Positions 56,169 through 57,178 of a stretch of DNA of 57,178 nucleotides are shown in pieces. The position numbers were made by a program, and so were the translations under genes. The stretch covers positions 1 to 57,178 of the forward strand of contig JAHFEZ010000002.1 in assembly GCA_023248265.1 (NCBI GenBank), written 5' to 3'. The notes beneath the pieces were generated by a model. That model was given only the letters and a program-made list of their open reading frames with translations. It searched no databases and had not been told where the DNA came from. Position 1 is the stretch's first letter. Every line of letters begins with the position of its first letter. The DNA comes from Deltaproteobacteria bacterium (GTDB taxonomy: Bacteria; Bdellovibrionota; JACOXK01; 2-02-FULL-40-11).

Positions 56169-56336
56169 AAATCCCTCCCATGAATAAGGTTGAAACTCCA
56201 TTAATCTTTATACTATCCATTATACCGCAGCCCTTTTTCAAGCCTTTTTTCACCCAAACGGCACTTTTGAGTTGAAATCAATTTTTTAATTCCTGTATGA
56301 TGTAAAGATAAACCTTAATCCATTGAGGAGGGCTCT

Positions 56337-57178
56337 ATGAAATCATTGAGATGGCTGTTTGTTTTATTGAGTTTGGCATTGCTACCCGGATGTGCTGCTA
56401 TCCTACAATCCATCTCTGATGATTTAGGCAAACAGCAAAACATTTCAAAAACTTTTTCACTGGCCCAGGGAGGCTCAGATAGCTTAAGTTTTCCCATCAA
56501 CGCCCGAGGGAGAATTTCTGTTTCTGCAAGATGGAAAAATCCAGATCAGCCTTTAAAAGTCACAATTACAGATCCATCGGGGAATATTGCAACTCAAACA
56601 TCAGGTATTTCTCCTCTAAATGTCTCCTACAAAGTCACTTCCACAATGTCACAAGGCAGTGGCCAATGGACAGCCTCTATTATTAATGAAAGCGGGGCTT
56701 CGGTTTCTGGAAACTTCAAAGCCAATTATCCTTATCTTAGCGAAGAAGGCCAAACATCTACCGGGAGTACCGGCGGAAATACCGGTGGAGACACCACAAC
56801 GTCTGAGCCCTATCCACCGCCATCTCCAGACCAAGGAAATTATCCTCCTCCCTCAGATCAAGGAAACTACCCCCCTCCATCAAATCAAGGAGGAGGCACA
56901 TATGATCAAGGAGGTGGAGGCACCTATACTTCACAAAATCCACCGCCCCCTCAAGATCAAGGTGGAGGCTATAACCAAGGTGGAGGATATGGACAAACAC
57001 CGCCACCACCACAAAATCAAGGTGGAGGCACACCTCAAGACCAAGGAGGCGGGTATAGTCAAGGCGGAGGAGATCAACAACAACAGCCCTCCCAGCCCAG
57101 CTCAGGACAAACCTATATTCCTTCAACCACAGCTAAGGGCTACAGTTTTTACTTAAGATCCACGGGTAACAACAGAAA
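56337..57178 (+). CDS. lipoprotein with Gln/Gly/Pro/Tyr-rich low-complexity C-terminal region (3-prime partial, absent from ORF track)
   Basis: ATG at 56337 is preceded by GAGGAGGG. The N-terminus is MKSLRWLFVLLSLALLPGCAA. I translated by hand to the window end and found no stop (280 codons). A folded ~130-aa domain is followed by ...PPPSDQGNYPPPSNQGGGTYDQGGGGTY...QGGGYNQGGGYGQ... Confidence 0.75.
   Translation, partial: MKSLRWLFVLLSLALLPGCAAILQSISDDLGKQQNISKTFSLAQGGSDSLSFPINARGRISVSARWKNPDQPLKVTITDPSGNIATQTSGISPLNVSYKVTSTMSQGSGQWTASIINESGASVSGNFKANYPYLSEEGQTSTGSTGGNTGGDTTTSEPYPPPSPDQGNYPPPSDQGNYPPPSNQGGGTYDQGGGGTYTSQNPPPPQDQGGGYNQGGGYGQTPPPPQNQGGGTPQDQGGGYSQGGGDQQQQPSQPSSGQTYIPSTTAKGYSFYLRSTGNNR

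Noticed and set aside
56620-57156. Track ORFs 56620-57156 (+) and 56758-57126 (-)
   Set aside because: These are alternative frames of the repeat region of the lipoprotein gene starting at 56337. They lack an RBS and a signal, and they start mid-gene.
1-57178. CRISPR arrays, rRNA genes, transposases/IS elements, prophage blocks, riboswitch-sized leaders
   Set aside because: No spaced direct-repeat arrays were seen. No intergenic region is longer than about 185 nt, and the longest ones hold the two tRNAs. No recognisable transposase or phage protein motifs appear in any listed ORF.

Overview
This 57 kb chromosomal segment comes from a low-GC Gram-negative bacterium. The BamB/YfgM pair and the gene orders thrS-infC-rpmI-rplT-pheS-pheT-ihfA-merR and ftsH-folP-cdaA-cdaR-glmM-pdxJ-acpS-nnr suggest a Bdellovibrionota or delta-proteobacteria-like lineage, but that is inference only. 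Coding density is very high and most genes are housekeeping: translation, purine synthesis (guaBA), tRNA modification (miaB, tsaE, tilS, ygfZ), Fe-S assembly, cofactor synthesis and repair (mutY). Five accessory elements interrupt this backbone. (1) An AbiEi/AbiEii toxin-antitoxin cassette with clearly higher GC sits directly 3-prime of tRNA-Pro(GGG). (2) A second, unrelated AbiEi/AbiEii cassette sits directly 3-prime of tRNA-Val(GAC), flanked by unknown secreted proteins. (3) An MNT/HEPN pair is present. (4) A roughly 13 kb copper-type envelope locus is built around a CsoR-family repressor and one strong palindrome between divergent gene strings. One arm carries cusCBA plus four uncharacterised proteins rich in metal ligands. 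The other arm carries a NosL-like gene, two YtkA-like genes and an outer-membrane barrel, followed by a lipoprotein/short TolC/lipoprotein triad. (5) A serine-palmitoyltransferase-like/SDR pair is present. I found no rRNA, CRISPR array, transposase or integrase. The copper locus is my best candidate for something undescribed, but I cannot show novelty from sequence alone. The ORF track misses one real gene at the right edge (56337 to the window end). It also gives artefactual 5-prime extensions for several genes, and infC needs a non-canonical AUU/AUC start.
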